From the NCBI GenBank assembly GCA_030612025.1, contig JAUWOR010000007.1:15104-79103 (forward strand): a stretch of 64,000 nt of DNA, written 5' to 3'. This document shows positions 39,859-47,712 of this stretch, piece by piece. This DNA comes from Dehalococcoidia bacterium (GTDB lineage Bacteria; Chloroflexota; Dehalococcoidia; GIF9; AB-539-J10). Position 1 is the stretch's first letter; each line of letters begins with the position of its first letter. Position numbers and translations under genes: made by a program. The notes below the pieces were generated by a model. The model made no database searches, was not told the origin of the DNA, and worked only from the letters and a program-made list of their open reading frames with translations.

Positions 39859-40029
39859 AACTTTCCTCCTTACATTATGTTATGATATATTTGGAGTAAA
39901 AATATAACTTAACAAAAATTATTTGTCAACTTGCGTTGATGGGATAATCACGTAAAATTATTAAAGAGGGAAAGGGAACAAGACCGCCAGTTTTCATATT
40001 TTCAGAATTAATCGAAATCGTTGGGTAAA

Positions 40030-40330
40030 GAATTTGTGCGTGTCATAAATGGCGTGCAACCCCAATAGTGCGCCACAAAATAGAAATTATGGCGTGCAAG
40101 CAATTTAGTGGGACATAGATGGCTCGCAAATCGATTTTTTGTCCAATATCCCTAGAAAAATGACTTGTGGGCGATATTGTGCATCATAATCGGCAATTTT
40201 TGGCACACAAAAAGATTTGTGTGCCATTTTGGAATGCAAAGACGATTAGTGTGCCACAATTCTTGATTTATGGCACACAAGAAGGTTTGTGGGACATAAA
40301 TGAGACACAAAAGGCAGTTTGAGACTGCAA
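40030..40330. promoter_or_regulatory. iteron-like array of TGGCRCRCAA / TTGYGYGCCA sites
   Basis: At least 10 copies occur in both orientations within 300 bp. One is a perfect 10-bp inverted repeat spaced by 6 bp (TGGCACACAA-AAAGAT-TTGTGTGCCA at 40201-40226). The array lies upstream of the mazEF-like operon. Confidence 0.5.
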
Positions 40331-40399
40331 TGCAACGATATTCGGCAGAAATAAAGAGAGGGTAGTCAGGTCTGGCACTACCTCAGCTAAAGCGCTGCA

Positions 40400-40674
40400 C
40401 TCAGAAAATCGCCTGCTTGATGAAAACTATAGTCAATCACAAAATTCCTTATAATCCTCCCTCCCCTAGCGGGAGGGAGTTAGAGGGAGGGGGAAATTCA
40501 CCCTCACCTAACCTCTCTTGTAAGGAAGAAAAATTCATTACATGAGAGGTATTTTTTCACGATACTATGCGGAAGACTATAAGAATTTATGTAACATGCG
40601 CCCGGTTATATCACCAGGGCGAGTAACTTTGCTCCGACGGTCTCTTCCTCGTGAAGAGGCCGTTTTCTTTTTTC
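40400..40674 (+). repeat. ~275-bp structured direct repeat R2
   Basis: This is the second copy of R1. It ends with GGTCTCTTC-CTCGT-GAAGAGGCC followed by GTTTTCTTTTTTC, a terminator-like hairpin plus T-tract. Confidence 0.7.
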
Positions 40675-40779
40675 TATGATTCTCAACGCATAAAGTATAT
40701 CTTCAAATGGCGCTAAGGCATATTAGGCCGATGAAGTTTAAGGAGAGCCTAAAGATTTATCGAAGGCTCTGAGCTCTAC

Positions 40780-42231
40780 CTAAAACCTAGTTTTTCGCCG
40801 CACCTGAAACGTGAATGAAAGAAGTTTCTCGAGAAAGTCATTTACCGCCTTCGACTTGTCATTATAGGCTATCGTCTCTTTACCAATCATGAGGGTAGCA
40901 TAAGCGAGTTTTGCCTCTTCTGACCCTGCCATTTCCCGCTTGTAGTCAGGGTTGACTTTATTAACTTGGACAACGCCGCTCAGGAAACGACTATGATGCG
41001 AAGGGCCATCCTCGAAAGGCACCTCCGCAAAAGCAATTCGCATACCACCCGGGCGTGAAGTGTCACCAGGCTTAGTTGACCGAGTTCCTGTCTCCCTTCC
41101 CTTGTGGGTTCCCGTATGTTGACTGATAGGTGCCTTTTGCCTTCGTAGTCCACCAAGAAGCTCTAAACCTTTGAAATCTCCTTGATTAAGGATTTCCCTC
41201 GCAAGCTCAATCGCCCTCCGTTGAATCTGTGTAAGCTTTTTCTCCTCCGCTTCCAGCCTTAATTCGTCTACCTCATCCTCAATCGAAGGGCGGAGCTTGT
41301 CAAGTTCTAACAAAAATTGGATCCAGTCCTGATTTTCTTCAAAACCAGTCCTTGCAGGAAGTGGCTTAAGAAAGTCAGCATCAATATAACCCTTGAGAAA
41401 TCCGCTTGCATAAACGCTTTCCTCAAGACCGTAGGCTTGAATCGCCTTCACATCATCAACTACAGGAATCCCAGTGTGCCGAATGGAAACTTTGCTTTTC
41501 CCGGAAGCATCAAACCAAAATTGACAATTAAAAACCTTTTGCCAGTCGCTTGAAAAATGCACTTCTCTAAACGCTTCCCCAACACCGGGGAGACTTATTT
41601 CTAATGGTTCCACCTTATAAATCTTGCCAGCGCAAGTTATCGTGATTTTTAAATTCCCTTCCCTTAGGTAAGCATCAAACTTTTCAGCGAACACATGCTG
41701 TAGTCGTTCCGCTCCTAAGGGGCCACGCAACCTTGTAGGGTCATGCTGTAACCCAGCGATAACGATAGTCATCCCGGGTTCCTTGCGAGATTCTCTTTTA
41801 GTCGCTGTTTCTATCTCAGCATCGTCAGACTGCTTTCTAAGAACAACCTTAATAGTGGGCATGCCTTTTGCTTTCTTGCTATAAAAAGTGCAACTTGTTC
41901 CAACCTGGTTGAAGGCAAAAATCCCAATGCCTAATTCTCCAATTTGAGGTATAGTTAATCCCGGCTTTACTGAATCAGCAACTTTATCAAGTGCTGCCTC
42001 AAATTCCTTCTGGGCCATTCCCGGGGAATTATAGTCAATAGTTATCTTTCCCTTCTCAAGAAGGTAACCTACCTCGCAGGGTCCTTCCATTTCTCCTTTA
42101 TCTCTAGCCTTTCGCCATTCATCCACAGCATTGCTAATATATTCTTTGATAGCATCAGCAGGGTTACGATAAAGGCTTCCAATATAGGTGAGAAGGTTAG
42201 CCATGTTTCCTCGGATTTTCTTCTTTGCCAT
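40780..42231 (-). CDS. GHKL-superfamily ATPase (HATPase_c / MORC-Hsp90-MutL-like Bergerat fold) with coiled-coil C-terminal region
   Basis: The N box (EYISNAVDEW), G1 box (DYNSPGM) and G2 box (GELGIGIFA) occur in the canonical order within the first ~110 aa. A predicted coiled coil (EDEVDELRLEAEEKKLTQIQRRAIELARE) precedes a ~130-aa C-terminal region of unknown fold. Confidence 0.55.
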   Translation of the reverse strand: MAKKKIRGNMANLLTYIGSLYRNPADAIKEYISNAVDEWRKARDKGEMEGPCEVGYLLEKGKITIDYNSPGMAQKEFEAALDKVADSVKPGLTIPQIGELGIGIFAFNQVGTSCTFYSKKAKGMPTIKVVLRKQSDDAEIETATKRESRKEPGMTIVIAGLQHDPTRLRGPLGAERLQHVFAEKFDAYLREGNLKITITCAGKIYKVEPLEISLPGVGEAFREVHFSSDWQKVFNCQFWFDASGKSKVSIRHTGIPVVDDVKAIQAYGLEESVYASGFLKGYIDADFLKPLPARTGFEENQDWIQFLLELDKLRPSIEDEVDELRLEAEEKKLTQIQRRAIELAREILNQGDFKGLELLGGLRRQKAPISQHTGTHKGRETGTRSTKPGDTSRPGGMRIAFAEVPFEDGPSHHSRFLSGVVQVNKVNPDYKREMAGSEEAKLAYATLMIGKETIAYNDKSKAVNDFLEKLLSFTFQVRRKTRF

Positions 42232-42237
42232 TTCTCT

Positions 42238-42690
42238 TTACCTCCCTTTGAAGGATTGAAATTGGATTGTGGTGAGGGCGAGCCACCTTATAAATTTATC
42301 CTCCTCACTCATCATAGCAAGGAGACTAGAAATATAGCCTATATCAGATGCATCAAGTTCTTTGCGAAATACCTCTCTTGCATCAGGGTTATTGTCTCGA
42401 AACCACCGTAGTTCGTCTTCAAGTAGAAGTAAAAGATATTTAATTTTTTCTGTTCTGTGCCTTGCCTCTTCAATCTGGCGATAAACCTCGGGCCTTTCTT
42501 TGCTTTCTAGGAAAGTTCTAATCTTAGTCAAATTAGCTTCAGAGGGTTTCCTGGCACCTTTACCATGTTGAAACCACTTCTTAATAGTGCTATAGGGAAT
42601 CCCAAGCGTGTTAGCGAGCTCTTTTCTTGGAATACCAAGCCTCTTAGCATAAGTATCCAATCCCAAAAGCACTGTTTCTATTGTTTCCAT
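42238..42690 (-). CDS. HTH-domain protein (putative regulator/partner of the GHKL ATPase)
   Basis: An N-terminal helix-turn-helix (RKELANTLGIPYSTIKKWFQHGKG) is present. The stop lies 6 nt before the ATPase start, implying the same operon. Confidence 0.5.
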   Translation of the reverse strand: METIETVLLGLDTYAKRLGIPRKELANTLGIPYSTIKKWFQHGKGARKPSEANLTKIRTFLESKERPEVYRQIEEARHRTEKIKYLLLLLEDELRWFRDNNPDAREVFRKELDASDIGYISSLLAMMSEEDKFIRWLALTTIQFQSFKGR

Positions 42691-42746
42691 CGTTTATCCT
42701 TCGTAGTTCCTCATTCGCCCGCTCCAAATCCGCTAGTTGGGCTATC

Positions 42747-42965
42747 TCATCCTTGCTTCTCAAGGCCCTTGGCTATCGCCTCATATTCAAAAGGAAATTT
42801 ATTCCTGAACCATGCCCTATATACCCATTTATGGCATTCACAAGCATTGATCTTGGCTATTCCATCAGATTTAAGTTCTGGATTACAAAATGGGCAAATC
42901 CTGTTATCTGTAATTTTCAGTTCGCTTCTATGTAATGCTTTTTTGATCCAACCAGCTTCTGACAT
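42747..42965 (-). CDS. small zinc-finger protein (CPFC...CECH)
   Basis: A 72-aa protein with two Cys pairs spaced like a zinc ribbon. It is the first gene of the ZnF-HTH-ATPase operon and is preceded by a 40-bp repeat box. Confidence 0.35.
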   Translation of the reverse strand: MSEAGWIKKALHRSELKITDNRICPFCNPELKSDGIAKINACECHKWVYRAWFRNKFPFEYEAIAKGLEKQG

Positions 42966-43197
42966 TTTTAGCTTCCATCACAAGGTGCAGTTGTCCAAGT
43001 AATCGTAATTGTAACACTTGCAGAGGAATTATTCGCTTCACTCAGATTGCTAGTTACTCATTATCAGGAATACTGGTATCAGTAGCAGAAGCACTGCTAT
43101 CAGAGATACCTAAGCAAACTGCTATCAACACCAGAGTAACTAAGACAATCAACTTTTCCATCATTCCTACTTAGTCTGGCTCCTGTTCACTCAATTT

Positions 43198-43560
43198 CTA
43201 GCTATCCTGCTGCCTAGTATTTAAGGTATTGGCTTTAGCATTTTTGCCTGTGTGGGCTTTCTCTTTCCTGAGCTTCCGCCACGTTAGCGAACAATATACT
43301 ACAAGGCTGAAGCCAAGTGCTATGAAAAAATATGCGTCGAACCATCGCCAATGAGGACTTGCTTGCATTGTAACGAGAATACTAATGCCCAGAAAGCAAA
43401 TTGCACCCCCTACACCTAGACCACTCATAATAGCGGTCTGCTTATGTTGTGTTTTAGCTTCCTCCCTCATAGATTGAATCTTATTTTGAATATCAGCTAA
43501 TGTAACGTTATCATTATTTTGCTCCCCTGACATGTCTTTCTCCTTTGTCGTATCAATCAT
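43198..43560 (-). CDS. hypothetical membrane protein (2 TM)
   Basis: A 120-aa protein with two hydrophobic helices and no recognisable motif. Confidence 0.4.
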   Translation of the reverse strand: MIDTTKEKDMSGEQNNDNVTLADIQNKIQSMREEAKTQHKQTAIMSGLGVGGAICFLGISILVTMQASPHWRWFDAYFFIALGFSLVVYCSLTWRKLRKEKAHTGKNAKANTLNTRQQDS

Positions 43561-43757
43561 TTTAGCCGAATTATACCCTCAACAAACCTCAAATAGAAGA
43601 GCCGTTAAGTTTGGGGATAGATAGTTTGAGGCTTTACTGTGGGCTTAAGGTTTCACCTTCAAGGGATAGCCCATAATCCTAGAGTTTTCAACCATATCAG
43701 GAGGTCAAGATTAGTCTGAGGTCATTTCGTGGCATTTACCCTGTGCAGTAAGAAATG

Positions 43758-44207
43758 CTATGTTTCCCTATTCCTCTTTTTCGTCTCAACAGAGATGTCT
43801 ACGGGTATATCAGAAACGCCTTCCCAGGCATTCTTTTCTTCATTCCAAATTTGGGTACGAAAGCTATACATCCCCGATTCACTAACCGGGAAGTTCGCCA
43901 CATTCCTTTTTGTTCGTAATCGCTTATGTTTGGAAAGGTCGATAGGATATTCGTTCTCAACTACGACTTTCCCAGTAGGACTTAAGATGGTATCTTTACC
44001 ACGACTATGGCCGGGGTACTCAATTGGTTCCCGTTGCCACGTGGTTACCCATGCGATCTTCACAGGAAACGGAATCATAGGCTCTTCTATGTTGCTTTCC
44101 GACGTCGTTATGCGCACTTCCTCAAGAACGTCAAACAAACTTACGTTATTTGATTCTTTATCTATGACAGCACGTAAACATATGACTGTCCAAATATGCC
44201 GAATCAT
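43758..44207 (-). CDS. hypothetical protein
   Basis: The minus frame has normal amino-acid composition, whereas the overlapping plus ORF (43729-44298) is low-complexity S/T/F-rich. The minus frame was chosen for that reason. Confidence 0.4.
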   Translation of the reverse strand: MIRHIWTVICLRAVIDKESNNVSLFDVLEEVRITTSESNIEEPMIPFPVKIAWVTTWQREPIEYPGHSRGKDTILSPTGKVVVENEYPIDLSKHKRLRTKRNVANFPVSESGMYSFRTQIWNEEKNAWEGVSDIPVDISVETKKRNRET

Positions 44208-44213
44208 TTATTA

Positions 44214-44636
44214 TCATGCCTCCACGGGAGTAAAATCCCGAACACTATTTTCTGAACTAGATACAACGACTTCGCTCTTTTCACCAGCCCATCTATAGTC
44301 CAGTATATCAGCCTCTTCTAATTTGCGACTCTCTACACTAGGTTGGGGACTGGATATTAAGGGAACTGCCTTTGTTGAAAGACGTAGCCCTAGGATCGCT
44401 AAGATTTTCCCAATCCTTCCGATTGTAGGATTTGCGTCTCCTGCTTCTAGCTTGGCTATGTATGATTGGCTTGTCCCTAAAGAGCTTGCCAAGTCTGTCT
44501 GAGTACAACTGGCGATGCGACGTGCTCTAGCCAAAGTTAAAGCAAACTCACTTTTTGCGGCAGCAGCACCAAACTCTTGAGCGAATTCCAAATCTGCGAG
44601 TTCTCTCTCTAAATCTTCCTTGAATGTTCTGTTCAT
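44214..44636 (-). CDS. XRE-family HTH antitoxin (HigA-like)
   Basis: A helix-turn-helix (TQTDLASSLGTSQSYIAKLEAGDANPTIGRIGKILAILG) is present and the gene sits directly downstream of a RelE/ParE-family toxin gene. Confidence 0.65.
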   Translation of the reverse strand: MNRTFKEDLERELADLEFAQEFGAAAAKSEFALTLARARRIASCTQTDLASSLGTSQSYIAKLEAGDANPTIGRIGKILAILGLRLSTKAVPLISSPQPSVESRKLEEADILDYRWAGEKSEVVVSSSENSVRDFTPVEA

Positions 44637-44645
44637 AAGCCCTCC

Positions 44646-44984
44646 TTATTTGTTTGAGCGATATTCATTCAATAGGTCACGGGCTTCGTTAATCTGTCCA
44701 GCCTCGCGCCTCCTCTTTTTTAAGAAGCCATTCAACAAGACAAATTTATTGTCTTGTTTGTCGTAATACACAATAACCCTACATTGGCCCCCTACTAATT
44801 CATATAGGTGACCCTCCCCGATAACCGACTTTAGCATGTTTGTACCAAGAAGCTCCAAACCATATTCTCCAAGCTTCTGTATCTTAGCCATAATGACAGC
44901 CCTTGACCTCTTCTCCAATTTATCAATCCAATCAACTATAGGTTTGTCACCATTAGGCCTTGTATAATAATCAACTTGGTACAC
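44646..44984 (-). CDS. RelE/ParE-superfamily toxin (HigB/Gp49-like)
   Basis: A 112-aa product in the toxin-first gene order typical of higBA. A conserved YELVGGQCRVIVYYD...FVLLNGFLKKRRRE pattern is present. A TTGACA-16-TTATAT promoter lies just upstream. Confidence 0.6.
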   Translation of the reverse strand: MYQVDYYTRPNGDKPIVDWIDKLEKRSRAVIMAKIQKLGEYGLELLGTNMLKSVIGEGHLYELVGGQCRVIVYYDKQDNKFVLLNGFLKKRRREAGQINEARDLLNEYRSNK

Positions 44985-45346
44985 GTCTAATATAACCCCT
45001 TAGGTGATATTTGTCAATACCAGCCTCCTTTCATGGCGGCCGTGGGTCCCACAGTCTTGGGACTCAATTAACTGAACTACTGCTCAGGCAAAGACAGAGT
45101 TCACCAAGTAATCGTAATTGTAGCACTTGCTGAGGAATCAGAGATACACTAGGTCGGTAAGGTTTGAGGATAAGTTAAGGCTTTGTCGTAGGCTTGAGGC
45201 TCTGTCTACAGATGGCGAAAAAGACTAAATCAGATCTGAAGGGTGTTGGAGCATGGAGGAGTAACTTTTGAGAACGGATTTGGCTCTTGGTGGCAAACAC
45301 AACAGTACGCTATATTGCGCAATTGAAAAGGATTAACAAACCCAAG

Positions 45347-46435
45347 TCAGTTACTTAAAGTACTATTACTAAGTTGTGCCAACTTGAGTTTATAGATAAA
45401 ACCCACATATTTTCTTAGAATACTTACATCGTTGTTGAGTAAATCCAAATTACTTTCTAAATCTGCAACTAAAGTGTCTATTCCCTCATCAAATTTTCGC
45501 AATGAATTCGAAACTTGCTGAGTATAATGAATGAGCCCTACGCAAAAATCGTTGATTCCCTTCAACTTTTTTTCGTTGCTTCTTATCACTTCTGTGAATT
45601 TGTCGGTATAATCTAGCTGATGGAATAGGACAATTTTAGGGATGTCTTCTTTTCTAATTGCTTTGTTCTGGTTTTTGTCAAGATATTCAACAAACTTCTT
45701 GAATCGAAAAAGTTCTTTTTTGTAAGAACAGAGTTGCTTTCTATAGGTAGTTAGTTTTTTAAGAAGCTTTTTCTTTAAATTAATATTTCTCTTCTGAATT
45801 CCACTTATTTTATTAGAAGCAAAGTAAAATTGTTTATCTGATAAATACCCATAAGTTGTTGTGGATGTTTGTGTTAAGATAACATAGTTTTTTGTTTCCT
45901 CAACTTTGCGGCCAATCTCCATGACTTTCGAAAAGCCTAAAATCATAGCTGTAAGGTCAGTGTAGACCTCGTTATCCTTTTCTTTATGCCACAAGGAATG
46001 CAAAAGGATATGAGAAAGTTCGTGCGCCATAATAGCCATAAATGTTTCAGGGTGTTCTAGGCAATTATCGCTGATCTTTACGGCTATCGGGAAATTTTTT
46101 AACTCTGATGTGCCATATAAGGGGAGATAACTTGGAATAGAGACTTGAGCAGTAATGCTCTCTATCCCTCGGCCAGCATGGTCTGTCTTGGCTAAATCAG
46201 TACTCTCAAATCTATTACTGTAACTTCGTGGCTCATATTTTGCCGGCACATAGGAAAGATTGATTGCAATGGGTAAGCCCAAATAATTTGCGATGTTTCT
46301 TATACATCCCTTTATATTTCCTGCGCGGAAGGGTTTATGTAGTATCTCCCTGGGAATCTCTTCTTTGACTCCCAGTAGGTTAACTAACTCATCTATTGCA
46401 TTATTAATGTATTTGTTGGCTATACTATTACCCAT
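45347..46435 (-). CDS. HExxH zinc-metallopeptidase-like protein with long Lys-rich coiled-coil C-terminal half
   Basis: MAHELSHILLH contains an HExxH motif with a downstream Glu. The gene is visibly AT-rich relative to its flanks. The C-terminal 180 aa are K/L/E-rich (KKKLLKKLTTYRKQL...). Confidence 0.5.
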   Translation of the reverse strand: MGNSIANKYINNAIDELVNLLGVKEEIPREILHKPFRAGNIKGCIRNIANYLGLPIAINLSYVPAKYEPRSYSNRFESTDLAKTDHAGRGIESITAQVSIPSYLPLYGTSELKNFPIAVKISDNCLEHPETFMAIMAHELSHILLHSLWHKEKDNEVYTDLTAMILGFSKVMEIGRKVEETKNYVILTQTSTTTYGYLSDKQFYFASNKISGIQKRNINLKKKLLKKLTTYRKQLCSYKKELFRFKKFVEYLDKNQNKAIRKEDIPKIVLFHQLDYTDKFTEVIRSNEKKLKGINDFCVGLIHYTQQVSNSLRKFDEGIDTLVADLESNLDLLNNDVSILRKYVGFIYKLKLAQLSNSTLSN

Positions 46436-46603
46436 AATTATTATCTTAGGTCAATTACTGTACTGAATTGGTATTATCTGATACATCTACACTGGTATTC
46501 ACCTCATCATCGGCAATACTTGATAAGAGGAAGCCTGCTAACATTATTAAGCAACCAAATTAAGCGACCAAAACAATCAGGCTTTTCATTATCTCCGTCT
46601 ACG

Positions 46604-47452
46604 TTATAGTTCGCCCCAGCCGTCAAGAGAAGAACTGGTATTAGTTAGCATATCAGAAACGAAGACTCCGATTAATTGCCCTACAGTTGTGGGTGTAGCG
46701 TGGTTTAGGCCCAGTTTCCATAGCTCTATTATTTTCTTACCGACCTCACTATTGCAGAGCGCTTCGTAGTCAAAAGCGAAGCCGTTCTGAGCTGTAGTTG
46801 AGAGCACTTTTTTGAGGTCACGTGAAATTAGGGGGTCATATGTAACGCACGATACCGATGCCAAGTGGAGAAAATCGAGGGTGGTCAGGGTAAGGTCCTG
46901 ATAGAAATATAATCTCCTCTCTAACCACTCTGACGCCCAAACATTTGAGATTTCCTTCGGCATGTTGGGTGGACAACCAACTGGTCGAAGAAACCACAGG
47001 TTTGCCAATAGACCCAACGCTTTCAGTTGCCTGAGATTTAACATTGGGACTGCGTCACAAGCTAACTTACTGCATAAAGCAAATAAGCTTTCTGGACTTT
47101 GTGTTAATCTATCCGAGACTAATCTTGCAAGCAGCTCATGCTTTTGCCTATCGCCTGTTTGCGCACTTGAAATCAGAGCTTTTTGCAAAAGGACAGAGAA
47201 ATCAGGGTGATTTAGAGAATCGCCTATAATCTTCTTGTATTGTTCTCCTTGCTGCTCCAGTGCTTTTACTCTCTTGGCCAACTGGTCTAGAAAGTCTAGC
47301 GAGTTCTGTTGAGCTTCTTCACTTGCTTTTGGTGCATGGTCTTTAAAATACGTTGAAAGCCACTTCTCACCTAAATCCCATGCTCTACCAACAAACTTCC
47401 CAGCTACTCCGCCAACGGCTGCGCTTATGACAACGACTGATAACGGCTCCAT
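46604..47452 (-). CDS. hypothetical protein
   Basis: A 282-aa ORF with no motif I can name. It is the last gene before the tRNA-fragment repeat. Confidence 0.45.
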   Translation of the reverse strand: MEPLSVVVISAAVGGVAGKFVGRAWDLGEKWLSTYFKDHAPKASEEAQQNSLDFLDQLAKRVKALEQQGEQYKKIIGDSLNHPDFSVLLQKALISSAQTGDRQKHELLARLVSDRLTQSPESLFALCSKLACDAVPMLNLRQLKALGLLANLWFLRPVGCPPNMPKEISNVWASEWLERRLYFYQDLTLTTLDFLHLASVSCVTYDPLISRDLKKVLSTTAQNGFAFDYEALCNSEVGKKIIELWKLGLNHATPTTVGQLIGVFVSDMLTNTSSSLDGWGEL

Positions 47453-47599
47453 ACGTCTCCCTCTTTACAATCAACCAGTCACACTGGCATAACGCCAATC
47501 GGCCTTTTCACCGCCACCGCCTCTTAAATCAATTATACCCTCAACCAACCAAATAGAAAACCTGAACAAGCTCGACATTTGTTTAACCCAGAGGAATGC

Positions 47600-47668
47600 C
47601 AAACTGCTGCTCTGCCCCTGAGCTACGCTGGCAACGAAATTGGTATAGCTGATGGCAACGATTTTGAC
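47600..47668 (-). pseudogene. tRNA-Thr 5'-half fragment plus upstream flank (att-like direct repeat)
   Basis: The reverse complement of 47607-47632 is GCCAGCGTAGCTCAGGGGCAGAGCAG, matching tRNA-Thr positions 1-26 with 1 mismatch. Homology continues about 35 nt into the 5' flank (TTGGTATAGCTGATG vs TTAGTATAGCTGATG at 36026-36040) and diverges after about tRNA position 33. Confidence 0.6.
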
Positions 47669-47712
47669 TAGCACCCTTGTGCATATGCTGAGGAGTGAGG
47701 AGAGAATATAGC

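Noticed and set aside
42990-43035. Both copies of the 40-bp box encode ...SSAS(V/A)TITITW in one frame, reminiscent of a RiPP core peptide
   Set aside because: There is no start codon or RBS in that frame and no adjacent modification enzymes. One copy terminates immediately. The similarity is most simply explained at the DNA level.
43057-43164. 36-aa ORF with a signal-peptide-like sequence (MMEKLIVLVTLVLIAVCLGIS...) upstream of the ZnF gene
   Set aside because: It is a possible small lipoprotein or leader peptide, but it is short and has no strong RBS. It is mentioned only for completeness.
43729-44298. 189-aa plus-strand ORF overlapping the 43758-44207 minus ORF
   Set aside because: Its product is S/T/F/L-rich low-complexity sequence typical of antisense translation. 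The minus-strand frame has normal composition and fits the surrounding minus-strand operon.
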